A stretch of DNA of 63,644 nt, filler included, from Squatina squatina (Eukaryota), in the NCBI GenBank assembly GCA_031763465.1. It is 4 parts of 4 records of this genome, joined end to end, with 100 filler letters (N's around TTAATTAATTAA, not from the genome) between each part and the next. Parts side by side here need not be neighbours in the genome. Positions count along the whole stretch, not along the records: positions 14,760 to 33,200 come from JARFOE010000218.1; positions 33,301 to 49,847 come from JARFOE010000162.1; 2 more parts are not named here. One strand, given 5' to 3'. Both the position numbers and the translations under genes were made by a program. The notes beneath the pieces are model-generated. The model was not told the origin of the DNA, made no database searches, and saw only the letters and a list, made by a program, of their open reading frames with translations. Positions 25,181 through 37,700 of this stretch are shown here, piece after piece; position 1 is the stretch's first letter; every line of letters starts with the position of its first letter.

Positions 25181-25709
25181 CAAAAATTGAGCGAGTGTGT
25201 CACACTCAAGGCACATCAGAGCATTGTTCTAAAACTCTACTGCAGTAATTAATGACTTTTTTTTATATGTAGAGACTCCACTAATTGGAAAGTAGTATTG
25301 CTTGAAGCTAAGATCATGTTGAGTGTTAAACTGGCTGGATTCCTAATCTTCAAGTGCGTGAGAATGTAAGAGAGACAATTTAACTTTGTTTTTTTTAATC
25401 AAAATCTTGACCTCAATTTCTCTCCTTAAGTCATTGACTGTTTTCCTCTGTTCAGTACCAGACTCCGCTCCCATCAGTGTCCCCTACAATCTGAGCGTGT
25501 CTTTCGTGTCCCAGTGCCCAGGTGAATTCCAGCATGAGCCAGAGATCCCTCACTCTGATGCCAGTTCCTGGATTGTATCAGGTCACCTTTTGATGCGACA
25601 AAGCCACAGTGACATCAACTTAATAGAAAATCCTTTGGCTGGGACATCGCGAGCATCAGGATAAATAATGGCACATTTGTTTGTTTCTCTATCTCTCTGA
25701 TTTGGATTC

Positions 25710-26215
25710 ACAAGAATGAATCCAGAATTGAAAGGTTATACCGATCGGGAAATACTGACCAGGTTGGGCTTCTTAACTCTCAAGTAGAAAAGGCTGAGGA
25801 GTGACCTGATAGAGGTGTTTAGGATTGCGAAGGGGTTTGATAGGGTGGAAGTAGAGAAGATGCTTTCACTTGTGGCCCCGAGTTCATCAGTACTCGGGGC
25901 CATTCAGGTCAGATATTCGCCAATGAATCCAGTTCCGAAATCAGGAGAAACTTCTTTATCCAGAGAATAGTGAGAATGTGGAATTCACTTCCACATTGTT
26001 TGAGGTGAATAGCATTGATGCATCTAAGGGGAAGCAAGATATGTACATGAGCAAGAAAGGACTAGAAACATATGTTGATCGGGTTAAATGAAGAGGGGTG
26101 GGAAGGTGGTCGTGTAGATTAAAATCTCTGGCTTGGGCCAGTGAAGAGGACACTTAACAGAGGCAATTAAAATCAGCAGGGGTTTTGATAGAGTAAATAA
26201 GGATATACTGTTCCC
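25710..26215 (+). mobile_element. CR1 LINE 3' fragments
   Basis: aggctgaggagtgacctgatagaggtg...aggagaaacttctttatccagagaatagtgagaatgtggaattc is CR1 ORF2 C-terminal sequence. Confidence 0.75.
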
Positions 26216-26449
26216 CCTCCTCTCTCAGTACAGCCCCATCGATAGTGCAGCACTACCTCAGTAGTGCACTGGGAGTGTCGGCCTGGAAGATGGGGCACAA
26301 ATCTCTGGAGAGGGAGATGAACTGTGGAATCTGTCTCAGAGACGAGCGAGAGAGAGTGCTAAACCCACTGAACCACGGCTGACATCATGGACAAAAATTC
26401 TGAGGACATCAGTAACGAGAGAAAAAAATAATATCCTTGGCAAAAGAAG

Positions 26450-27825
26450 CAGAGGGGCAGAGGAGGATTATTTATTTTCATGCAGTGAGTTGTTAAGATC
26501 TGGAATGCACTATCAGAAAGGGCGGTGGAAGCAGATTCAGGAGTAACTTTCAAAAAGGACATTGGATCAATTCTTGGAAAAAAGTTGCAGTGTTGTGGGG
26601 GAAGAGTTCCTTGAGGAAGTATCAGCCAGAGTGGATAGAGGGAAACCAGTAGATGTAATATATTTGGATTTCCAATAGGCGTTCAACAAGGTGCCACACA
26701 AAAGGTTACTTCGCAAGATAAGAGCCCATGGTGTTGGAGACAATATATTAGCATGGATAGAGGATTGGCGAACTAGCAGGAAGCAGCGGGTAGGGATAAG
26801 GGGGTCATTTTCAGGTTGGCAACCAGGTAACCAGTGGGATGCCACAGGGATCAGTCCTGGGACCGCAGCTGTTTACAAGGTATATTAATAATTTAGAGGA
26901 AGGGAGCGAGTGTACTGTAGCCAAATTTGCGGATGATACTAAAGTAGGTGGGAAGGGAAGCTGTGAGGAGGATACAATACAGTTTACAGAGAGATATTGA
27001 TAGGTTAACTGAGTGGTCAAAAAGTCGGCAAATGGAGGAAAATGTGGGAAATTGTGAAGTTGGTCACTTTGGAAGGAAGACTGATAAAACAGATTTTTAT
27101 TTAAAATGAAAAAGACTGCAGAAAGCTGCAGCACAAAGGGATTTGGGGTCCTCGTACATGAAACACAGAAAGCTAGCAAATCGGTGATCAGGAAGGCTAA
27201 TGGAATGCTGGCTTTTATTTCAAGATGGTTGGAGTGTAAAAGTAGGGAAGTCTTACTACAACTGTACAAGGCACTGGTGCTACCATATATAGAGTACTGG
27301 GAACAGTTTTGGACCACTTATTTAAGGAAACACATATTATCATTGGAAGCAGTTCAGAGAAGGTTCACTGGGAGGATCCTGGGTGTGGAGGCATTGTCTT
27401 AAAAGGAAAGGTTGATCAGGTTGCGTCTGTACTCATTGGAGTTTGGAAGAATGAGAGGCGATCTTATTGAAACATAAAATTCTTAGAGGGCTTGATAGGG
27501 TAAATACTGGGAGGATGTTTCCCTTCATGGGAAGTCTAGGACCAGAGGGCATAGTGTCAGAATAAGACTGAGATGAGGAAGAATTTCTTCTCTCAAACGG
27601 TTGTGAGTCTTTGGAATTCCTTGCCCCAGAAAGCTGTGGAGGCAGAAACCTTGATTATATTCAAAGCTGAGATCGATAATTTTTAATCAGTAAGGGAATC
27701 AAGGGTTATGGGGATAGGGCGGGAAAGTGGGCTTGATGAATGTTGGATCAGCCATGATCTTATTGAATGGAGGAGCAGGCATGAGGGGCCGAATGGCCTA
27801 CACCTGTTCCTATTTCTAATGGTTC
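26450..27825 (+). mobile_element. CR1 LINE (RT domain to 3' tail), degenerate
   Basis: [67 protein letters not shown], and tail ggccgaatggcctacacctgttcctatttct. Confidence 0.9.
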
Positions 27826-28217
27826 ATAGTCTTTGGAGCTGATGACTGGGACTAATTGGGGAGCTCTTTCACAGATGCATGATGGGTCAAATGGCCTCGT
27901 TCTGTACTGTGCGATTCTATGATTCGATGTACATGGACAGAAGTGATTGAATAGACAGTCCAGTAGTTGCTGTAATGTTACAGAGGGGTCCAGCACTGAC
28001 AATCTGATATATGATAACCACAGTGCGATATTCTGTTTTTTCAGGAGACAGGAAGCGACTGAGGAGGGAGATTCAGAAAACAGTGACATTGCAATGACCT
28101 GCAGTACACACTCGACAAAGCACTAGATACAGGAGCTGTTTGCACTTAGTTCAAAGCCTCAATCACATGTTGGAGATTCCCAGTTGGGTTGTCCGTGAAT
28201 TCCTGTGTCGAGCATCA

Positions 28218-28785
28218 GCCATGCCTCAGTGAGTTTAGCACAATCTCGACTGCCTCTGAGTCAGAAGTTTGGGAGTTCATTTCCCAATCCAAAGACGTGT
28301 ACCCCATATTCCAGACTGGCACTCCCATTGCAATACTGCTGTAGTGCTGCACTAACGGTTGGAGTACTGCTCTGTTGGAGGGTCAGTACTGAGGGAGTGC
28401 TGCACTCTTGGAGGGTTAGTACTGAGGGAGTACTGCTTTGTTGGAGGGTCAGTACTGAGGGAGTGCTGCACTGCCGGAAGTGCTGTGTTTCAGATGAGAC
28501 ATTAACACTGGGCCCCCATCTGCCCTGCTAAGTGGATTTAGAAGATCTCATGGTCACAATTTCGACAAAGGGGAGCAGGGGATTTCTTCCCGGTGTCCTG
28601 GGTAAATACTTGTCCCTCAGACAAGTTCACCAGAAAAAGCAGCTGATCTGGTCATTTTCACATTGCTGCTTGTGGGACCTTGTTGTGCACAAATTTTTTG
28701 TCAAATTTCCTGCACTGCAACAGTGACAACCCTTCAAAAAAGTACTTAATTGGCTGGAAAGCATTTTGGGACGTCCTGAGGGTGG
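28218..28785 (+). mobile_element. Near full-length DeuSINE (SacSINE1-like) with internal 33-bp tandem expansion
   Basis: tRNA-like head gcctctgagtcagaag, repeated agtactgagggagtgctgcactgttggagggtc units, Deu-like gatgagacattaa...gtgga...agatctcatgg, and the shared tail. Confidence 0.85.
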
Positions 28786-28959
28786 GAATCATGGGGCTCA
28801 ATCTCTGGAGTGCGGGATCAATCCTTCGACATTCTCACTCAAACAAATGAGAGCTGCCCAGTGAGCCACGGCTGCCACCAGTGCGTCTATACAATGATTA
28901 AACCCTATCAGGCCTGGTAAATGACGTGAGATTATCTTGTGCTTCCATTTTCCTTTTAG

Positions 28960-29174
28960 TGTAGGCAGGTTGTTGACTCCTGGAATACAACCAGTGACGC
29001 AACTCGCAAGGCAAAGACACCAGCTCCCCAGGATCTCTCTGAAGGACCAGTAGGAGGAGATGCTGGACATGGACAACTCACCAAGCACAAGGAATTTCTG
29101 TACGCCAGTGTCGATGTCTTGGGACACTCCACAGGGGCGAGGACATGGAATACGCACAATCAGATTCAAATTAA
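28960..29174 (+). pseudogene. Possible decayed terminal exon of an ITIM-bearing Ig-superfamily (Siglec/CD33-like) receptor
   Basis: Strong acceptor gcttccattttccttttAG. The frame is open to KEFLYASVDV; after a frameshift it reads GTLHRGEDMEYAQ, then IRFK in a third frame, giving two tyrosine motifs spaced as in Siglec tails. No Ig or TM exon was confidently found. Confidence 0.35.
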
Positions 29175-30019
29175 ACTTAGTGTGAAACAGGGAGATAGGA
29201 TGCAGAGGGTTTGATACACTTGGTAACACAAGACAACCAGCTCGGAGAGAGATGTTGGATGGAGGGAAGGGACTGAACGGTTTTGAACTTTGTGATTCAG
29301 AGGAACTTATTGACCAGGGATAACTTGATGCTGACCCATTGGGGCCATAGATTCAAAGGTCTGCCTCTCACTGTACAAACACATCTCACGCAGAATCATC
29401 AAATGTGACGGGTGGAATTGGTGATATAATCTCACTGCGTAGAGTCAGGGAATACTATGGCACAGGAGCAGGCCATTTGACCCATCATACCTGAAAGAGC
29501 TATCCCCTTCAGTTCCAATCCTTCACCCTTTCACAATAGCCATCGTCCCCATGCTGGCTGTCTGAACGACCTACCCCCTTAGTCCCAATCCCTTTTCTCT
29601 TACCCCATTTGGGCCATTGTACCCATGCTAGCTTTCTGAAAGTACTCTCCCCTCAGTCGCAATACACTACACATTCCCCATACTTGTTCATAAGTTTCCT
29701 ACTTAAAATATATCTCCACTTCCCTTTTAAATCTATTCTGGACTCTGTTTCCCCCCGTGTTACCGTTTAAGCATTCCACATCCCGGCAACCCTCTAGATA
29801 AAGACAGACTCTCCGAACATCTGGTCAGTGTGCAGTGCAGAAAGGGATGTACAGATGGGAGAGGCCATTCAAGCTATCGAGGTAAACATTCCACATAACC
29901 CCGGGATCATCGGTCACACCATCCCTCTGCCTCATGAACGACTCCAAGATTTTTGACCCCAATCCCTGACCTGGATCCCATGCCAGGTTATGATTGCTCT
30001 CCGTGAATTAGTTTAGTCC

Positions 30020-30292
30020 AGAATTCCCCAATTATCATCGCTCCGCCATTGGTGACCATACCTTGTCTAGGCTCTAAGCTCTGGAATTCACTCCCTTAAC
30101 CTCCCTGCCATTTTCTCCCCTTGTTTAAGATGCTCCTTAAAACCTAACTCTTTGACCATGTGTTTGGCCATCTGTCCAACTGTCTCCTCCTGCAGCTCAG
30201 TGTCAATTATTTTGACTGTCTAATGCTCTTGTGAAGCACCTTAGGACATTATATAACGTGAAAGGCGCTAGAAAAATGCAAGTTGTTGTTGT
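30020..30292 (+). mobile_element. L2 LINE 3' end
   Basis: ctaagctctggaattc...ctccttaaaacctaactctttgacc...aaggcgctagaaaaatgcaagttgttgttgt. Confidence 0.75.
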
Positions 30293-30757
30293 AACTCTGA
30301 TCTGCGTAGAGTCTTAATGGAATCAAAGAGGGACATTCAAGAGGGCTTAAAGCATGTGGGCAATAAATGCTTTGCATGCCAAGAAATAAACATGCCCTTT
30401 GAAGCTGGTGCGTCCCAGCCCTGCTGTGTGGTTACATCATAACTGCAGCGTGAAGCCAAAATGGTCAAATAATGAACAAAAATGCGGCACCACTTAACTT
30501 TAATATCGGATTGGAATGTTCTTTCTGATTGTTGCAACATTTGAGGCTGTGAAAGTTGCAAGGAGCTTTGGTTTATGTATAATGCTATATTTATGAAAAC
30601 AAGGGACGAAACTGCTGTGGGTTTTGTACAAATATATCTATATTAAACATCTTTATTCTGTACACAATTCGTGTAATCAAAAGGTTACTTCCTGTTGTCA
30701 CATTTAACCCCGAGTTGTGTATATTCCTGTGTCCACATTTATAATGGACAATTTCAT

Positions 30758-31796
30758 TGCAAACAAGTAGATGAATTAACCGCGTAAATAGATGTAAACC
30801 GTTATGTTCTAGTTGCGATTATGGATACGTGGCTGCAAGGTGAACAAGGATGGGAACTGAACATCCAGGGGTATTCAATACTTAGGAAGGACAGACAAAA
30901 AGGGAAAGGAGATGGGGTAGTATTCTTAGTAAAGGAGGAAATCAATGCACTAGTGAGGAAGGATATTGGCTCGGAAAATCATAATGTGGAATCTGTATGG
31001 GTGGAGCTAAGATACACAACGGGGCAGAAAACATTGGTGGAGTTGTCTATAGGCCCCCAATCAGTATTGGTTATGTAGGGGATGGCATTAAACGGGAAAT
31101 TAGAGAGGCGTGCAATAAGGGTACAACTGTAATCATGGGTGACTTTAATCTGCATATAGATTGGGCAAACCAAATTAGCAATAATACTTTGGAGGAGGAA
31201 TTCCTACAGTGTATGCATGATGGTTATTTAGACCAATACATTGAGGAACCAACTAGAGAACCGGCCATCCTAGATTGGGTATTGTGCAATGAGAAAGGAT
31301 TAATAAACAGTCTTGTTGTGCGGTGTCCCTTGGGGAAGAGCGACCATAGTATGATAGCATTTTTCATAAAGATGGTGAATGAGGTAGTTGAATCTGAAAC
31401 TTGGGTTCTGAATCTAAATTAAGGAATCTACAAAGGAATGAGGCGCGAGTTAGCTATGATACAGTGGGGAACGTTACTTAAAGGGTTGATGGCGGATGGG
31501 CAATGGCTAATATTTAAAGAACGTATGCACGAATTACAACAATTGTTCATTCTTGTATGGAGCAGAAATAAATCCGGAAAGGTGGCTCAGACGTGGCTGA
31601 GAAATTAAATTAGGGATATTATTCAATTCAAGGTGGAGGCATATAAAATCACCAGAAAAAGCAGCAAACCTGAGGATTGGGAGCAGTTTAGAATTCAGCA
31701 AAGGAGGACAAAGGGATTGGTTAAGAGGGGGAAAATAGAGTATGAGAGTAAGCTTGCAGGGAACATAAAAACTGACTGTAAAAGCTTCTATAGATA
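30758..31796 (+). mobile_element. CR1 ORF2 endonuclease region
   Basis: DTWLQGEQGWELNIQGYSILRKDRQKGKGDGV, GVVYRPP, VIMGDFN, PTREPAILDWVL, LGKSDH are APE motifs; frameshifted. Confidence 0.9.
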
Positions 31797-31896
31797 NNNN
31801 NNNNNNNNNNNNNNNNNNNNNNNNNNNNNNNNNNNNNNNNNNNNNNNNNNNNNNNNNNNNNNNNNNNNNNNNNNNNNNNNNNNNNNNNNNNNNNNN

Positions 31897-32295
31897 GCGC
31901 TTTACAGCCAGTGAAGTACTTTTGGAGTGTAGTCACTGTTGTAATGCAGGAAACGCAGCAGCCAATTTGTGCACAGCAAGATCTCACAAGCAGCAATGTG
32001 ATAAAGACCAGATGATCTGTTTTAGTGATAGGTATTGGCCAGGCCACCAGGGAGAACACCCCTGCTCTTCTTCAAAATAGTGCTATGGGATCTTTTACAT
32101 CCACCCGAGAGGGAATAAAGAGCCTTGGCATAACGTTTCTCCCGAAAGGCAGCTCCTTCAACAGTGCAGCACTCCGTCGGTACTGCACTAGAGTGCCAGG
32201 CTGGATTATGAGCTGAAGTCTCCATAGTGGGACTTAATCCCACACCTTTCTGACACAGAGACAAGTGTGCTACCACTAAGCCCCAGCTGATGCCA
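31897..32295 (-). mobile_element. DeuSINE (SacSINE1-like)
   Basis: Tail, Deu-like domain (gctatgggatcttttacatccacccgagaggg) and tRNA-like head (gtgtgctaccactaagcc) in reverse orientation. Confidence 0.85.
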
Positions 32296-33072
32296 TGTAG
32301 TCCACATGCTAGTAATCATGTGGTGGTCAGAATTGTGGCCCATTACCAGTTCCTGCATGGTCATACTTGCCCTTAACTTTTTCTCATGGGATAGTCAGTA
32401 ATTCACCCTGGCAGCCTCTCCCCTGCACTTTCAAACCTCTTCAGTACACGTACTGTTTTTCACTTACTGTCAGTAGTTGTCAGTTGCTATGGAGAAACCA
32501 ATTGGAGCCTTTAAACTCCAGGGATCACTGCCAAGGACGAATGTTTTGAAAAAGACACCAAAACAAATTCGAAGTTATTATATTGTTTACAGTAAGAAGC
32601 ACAGAAATAAGTTACTTTTATCACAAAAACCACCCACTGGAAATGAGTGACAAGTCTGCACCATTTCAAAAGCAAAGTGTAGATTTGTTGTGAAAATTAA
32701 ACAAATATGTCAGAGGTTTGAGACAAAAGTGGTGCTCCATATGCTTTAAGTTATACTTTTTATGATGGCAGCCATTAAAGTGGCGGAGACGTCTTTCTTG
32801 TTTAATCACATCTTTAAAAAACTTTTTTAAAGAAATATCATTCTTTCAAAAAGTAAAGTTCTTTTATGCAAATATTTCTGTATCTCAGCAAACCTTGAGC
32901 ATCACTTAGGGTGAACTTTACCTGGATTGACTATGAATATGCGTATATTTGCACCACTGTATTAGAAACAGCAGACTTCTTATTTCCAGTGACAGGATTT
33001 GGGGGAACAATACACAGGCCACACTTTGTCTGTAATGTGTAATTTTATCCAGTCATTGCCAGGCAGGCTACA

Positions 33073-33200
33073 GAGTTCAATGAATGTACTACGCTAACCT
33101 ACCGAGTTCAGATAATGTACGACACTTGCACTACTGAGTTCAGAGAATGCACTACGCTAACACTACCGAGATCAGAGAACGCACAGCGCTAACACTATCG
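33073..33200. repeat. About 32-bp minisatellite (4 copies, running into the scaffold end)
   Basis: Unit gagttcagagaatgcactacgctaacactacc, with variants. Confidence 0.85.
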
Positions 33201-33300
33201 NNNNNNNNNNNNNNNNNNNNNNNNNNNNNNNNNNNNNNNNNNNNTTAATTAATTAANNNNNNNNNNNNNNNNNNNNNNNNNNNNNNNNNNNNNNNNNNNN
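33201..33300. other. Artificial scaffold-joining linker
   Basis: 44 N + TTAATTAATTAA (33245-33256) + 44 N, identical to the other two. Confidence 0.92.
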
Positions 33301-34159
33301 TGATCCAATCGAATGGTGGAGCAGGCTCGGGGGGCCGAATGGCCCACTCCTGTTCCTACTTCTTATGGTCTTATGGTCTTATAAGTTGCAAGTAAACTAT
33401 TGAAGTTTGTCATTTTAAATGGGCTTTTTCCCTTTAAATAATCAAAGTCATAGAATAATTCTATATTGGAGACAGGCAAATACTGCTAAATAATTTCGTC
33501 CAAAAAATGCTCAGCTGTACAACAACACAAAAATCTTTGGTCCAAACTACAATATAGAGTATAGCATGTACAGTTAAACATCCACCCTTTGGATTTACAA
33601 TTGTTATGTTGTGCTATATAAATATATAAGGGCTTGTTCCAAAAGTCAATTAGAGATAGAGATATATGTCTATATACCAAATGGTCCAATTTAGTTTCTA
33701 TGCAATTCTATGTAAGTGCCATCAGTTTTAAATAGGAATTCATTTCTACATTGAAATGATATTAATCTACCCAAGTTGAATATGTGACAGCTACCTGCAT
33801 AACTAAAACCCAGCAGTCATAATTATGACATTAGTTTACTGTAGTTAAGGTGCAAGTTCCATAAAAGTGTTCCAACTCAGCTCGATCTTTCATGACAGTG
33901 CTTCTGTAACAACTTGGATTTATATAGCACCTTTAACATAGAAAAATGTCCCAAACTGCTTCACAGAGGAGTAAAGATACAAATAGTGAGTACTCAATCT
34001 TTTCCACTTCAAGGATTTGCATGTCATGTGATGAAAAAAGTAAACTGATTGCACTTCTGAATCATAACATTTCAGTGATCAAACCCAACACCGTGCAATA
34101 GCCAGCATTAATCTTAATTAACTTCTCAAATAGAAGCTGATATTGGGATTATTTACTTT

Positions 34160-34263
34160 TTTTTAATAGTTCCTGGGATGTGTGCTTCACTGGCGAGGCC
34201 AGCATTTATTGCCCATCCCTAGTTGCCCTTGAGAAGGTGGTGATGAGCCGCCTTCTTGAACCG
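34160..34263 (-). mobile_element. 3' tail of the tRNA-headed LINE/SINE family
   Basis: Nearly identical to 21835-21935 (RFKKAAHHHLLKGN*). Confidence 0.8.
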
Positions 34264-34364
34264 NNNNNNNNNNNNNNNNNNNNNNNNNNNNNNNNNNNNN
34301 NNNNNNNNNNNNNNNNNNNNNNNNNNNNNNNNNNNNNNNNNNNNNNNNNNNNNNNNNNNNNNNT

Positions 34365-34740
34365 AAAATGTATCTATTGGTGTCTTTGCGCCCAAAAAGC
34401 CCAGCTTAATTTTTGGAGCCCCCTCGAAGGCCTGCAAATGAGCACAATTAGCGGAAACTCCCAATGGTGATCAATTCAGCCTGGGGGTGCGGCCAGTTTT
34501 GTGGGCGGGGCCTGCTTCTTGCGTGATATTATTTAACCTCGTGTAAAAGATCGCAGAAACTCGATTTGCGTTGAACGTAATTTGCGCTTAAAATTCTGCA
34601 ATGGTTTAGTTGGTTGCGCCGATTTCGGGCAAATTGCACCGAAGAAACCAGTGCAACTGAGTAGAAACTCTTGCACTGGGTATTTGCTTTATGGCCCGAT
34701 TATATGTGTCTCTGGGCGCAAATTAACAGGAAATTCCCAA
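34365..34740. mobile_element. CpG-rich non-autonomous DNA transposon end (Harbinger-like)
   Basis: Repeated ttgcgccc/gggcgcaa subterminal motifs resembling those at 43035 and 59158. Confidence 0.4.
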
Positions 34741-37700
34741 ACACCTCAGAGAAGCCATGGAGCAAACATAGATAACCCAACATCTTTTGTCTATAATAAT
34801 TCTAGCATTATATCCTCATGGGTCTGATAAAGAATCCATTTATCATTCAAATACAGTATGAACAAATTAGTGCATTGCTCAGGGGAGCTCTGTTGACCGA
34901 AGAACACATTAAATAAGAGTTCTTGTCTAGATTAAAAACAGTTCCAAAGAAATTTCTATGGATTGGAAAGTAAATTCTGTAATATGAGTTTACAGAATTT
35001 CTAAGTATGCCAGAAGTAAATTTGATAACCAAAAGTTGACAGCTACAGCAAGTTTATATAAACTGAATGTTTTACTTGGCTTAACAGCAAGGTCACATTC
35101 AGGACAACATTTATTGCAATGGTGGTGGAATCAGAACAATTCCACGGTGAAGAAAGCATCAGCTGAACATTGTGCTAACTGTTTAGAAATAGCTTGGTCC
35201 TGAAAGTGATTTCATACGCGTGTGATTGTGTCACTTATAACTTGGAGAAACTAAACAAGCATTTTTATATATTCCATTTCTTTCTAAAATTAATCATTGT
35301 TTCCACTTCAATGACATCTACAAGAACTGTCAGTTACAACCTGTGAGTGCATCAATAATTGACAACTCAGAACCATTGATAATATTTGGTGAAGGCAGTT
35401 AGACCATTACAAGACTATTTGCAGAGTGCACATTGTCAATTCTTTAGGAATATACAGGTCAATGTTGGTTGATAAAAATAGAAATTTTCTAGTCCAGCTA
35501 CATGTAGGTAAGGGTCTTTTTAAACAAATGATAGTNNNNNNNNNNNNNNNNNNNNNNNNNNNNNNNNNNNNNNNNNNNNNNNNNNNNNNNNNNNNNNNNN
35601 NNNNNNNNNNNNNNNNNNNNNNNNNNNNNNNNNNNCAGAAATACAAGTGTTGCAAATAGCATAGCAAGTGATTGCACATGATTCAGGTCAGGCTTTAACA
35701 TTCGTTTTCTCACTCATACTGTCTGACAATAGTTTTCATAAATAAAACCATGCCTTACAACCAGGGTGACTGGTGATGAGGTTGTATCACTGTTTTGATT
35801 TTGAATTTTCCCTTCCTGCCTCCTGTCCTGAAGGAGTGGCTGTCTTAAGTGGCTAACTTAAATGGCTAATCTTTAGGTGTGAACCTAGACAGTGTCTATC
35901 AGCAGACAATTTGACTATGGGTGAAAAAAAAAGTGATCAGGAGTGGGAACCCCAGGTAATTTTTCTCTCCCTAGTCTAGGGCAGTGAAGCCCATTATAAT
36001 TGTGCCATCCTGCCTGAGATCGTATAACTCAGCGCAGACAAAAAGTCAACCTCTGATCCAACAGCTTAAAAGTTTACACACATCTGAGAAAGTTGCCGTT
36101 TGAGAACCCTTTGATGATGTTAATAATTATGTGTCAAAGACAGTGTTTGGTTTTTAGAACACAAATGTATGCAGACCTTTGAATGGGCACAGACTGGCAG
36201 GCAGCTACAGTAGAATGAAAAGTACTATAGGCTGTTGACTTAAATAGTGTCAACAGCAAAGTATAAAGTAAATTGTGAATCAAATTCACACATTAGTTCC
36301 TGGAGCCTTTCTTAGGTTAATCCAAGTGTATTGGCATGAAATTGGTTACGTTGGATTCTTTGTCAACTCGATTAAATTTAGCTACTAAATGTGCTGAACC
36401 AACACTCTGGGCTATTTACATCGACTGTTGACTTGTTTAGTTCAGTTAAAAACCTTGACAAATGTCAGAATATTGACTAATTCTGGAATTTCCTACCATC
36501 TGGTGTTTGCATGAAGCCAGAAAATCTAATGACTTACGTCTGTCACAGAATCTAATGATTGGTTTTAGACCCTTATCCAGGATTCGTCACACCACGTAAA
36601 CAGGAGGAGTTTGTTTTTGTTGACCAATCTTAATGACTAATCTGTTGGCCAGTTTCAGAATTTGCTGACAAAATCCTCAGTCTTGCAGAACAAATAATGA
36701 CAAAACCACTTTCTGTTATTCCTATTCCTGGGACTACTGATTGAAACAAGATGCCTGGTCAACAACAAATTTGTCACCGCACAACGAGTTAGATTTTAAC
36801 TGCTGGTTAGCTGCCTGATCTTGCTGGTGAGAGGCCTGTTCCATTTTGAGGACGGGGCCTCATCACTATGCTGCTTGCAAGTTGCAGGCACCAAATGGGT
36901 GCCCCACTGCAGCTCGCCGGTTCCAGGCCGACCCAAGATCAGGGAGCCCAGAGGCCAATCTAACCAACCGGGATGTAGGTCTATGGGACATCGATAGTGG
37001 AGGAGGGGAGCCCAATGTGGTAATATCCCACATTTTTCTTGTTGAGTGCAGAGGAGCATTCCTGCTCTTCCTGGCCTCACAAAAATAATTTTAAACATAC
37101 TTTTTTGGAACCTCTTCTGCTGTACTGCTGAGTAAAACTGGGCGGAGCATGCGTGGCACACACTCCGCATAGCTGTCCATCAAAATTCAGATCTGAGTTC
37201 TATATACATCATAGGAGCCCAGTTAAAACTGCTTACTGCCTGAAACAGATGGACATTTCATCCTCCCAGTGGAAGGCCCCTTTGATGATGGCCGCTACCA
37301 GCCAGATTATGCCAGACAGCCAGATTAAAAGCGGACCAAATGACTTTTTGTAAATAGAAATCTAAGTTTGAATTGAGTGTTTAAATTGAAGAGTTGAAAT
37401 CAAACTAAAATATTCAACACCTAAGCCTGATATTCTAATCGTTCCAACATCAACACTGTACCTAAGTTCAAAGAAGCAGCCTTTATATCTCCTTATCTCA
37501 AGGGTGTGTCTTACCAGTTTGGTAAATTGGAATTCCTACTAATCCTTACTGCATTGCTGGTGAGTATGGTTTTATTGGCCAAAGTAACAAACAGAAAATT
37601 GGGTTGTGGATCCAAGGAAGAATATAGACAAGTACCGTATTTGAATTTACATACGTCTTTAGAAAAAATATTTAAGCATGCAGAGTAAGGAATGTTGGGT

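Noticed and set aside
28330-33200. CRISPR-like appearance of the 33-bp (28330-28480) and 32-bp (33073-33200) repeats
   Set aside because: The units are head-to-tail with no unique spacers, there are no cas genes, and the context is vertebrate.
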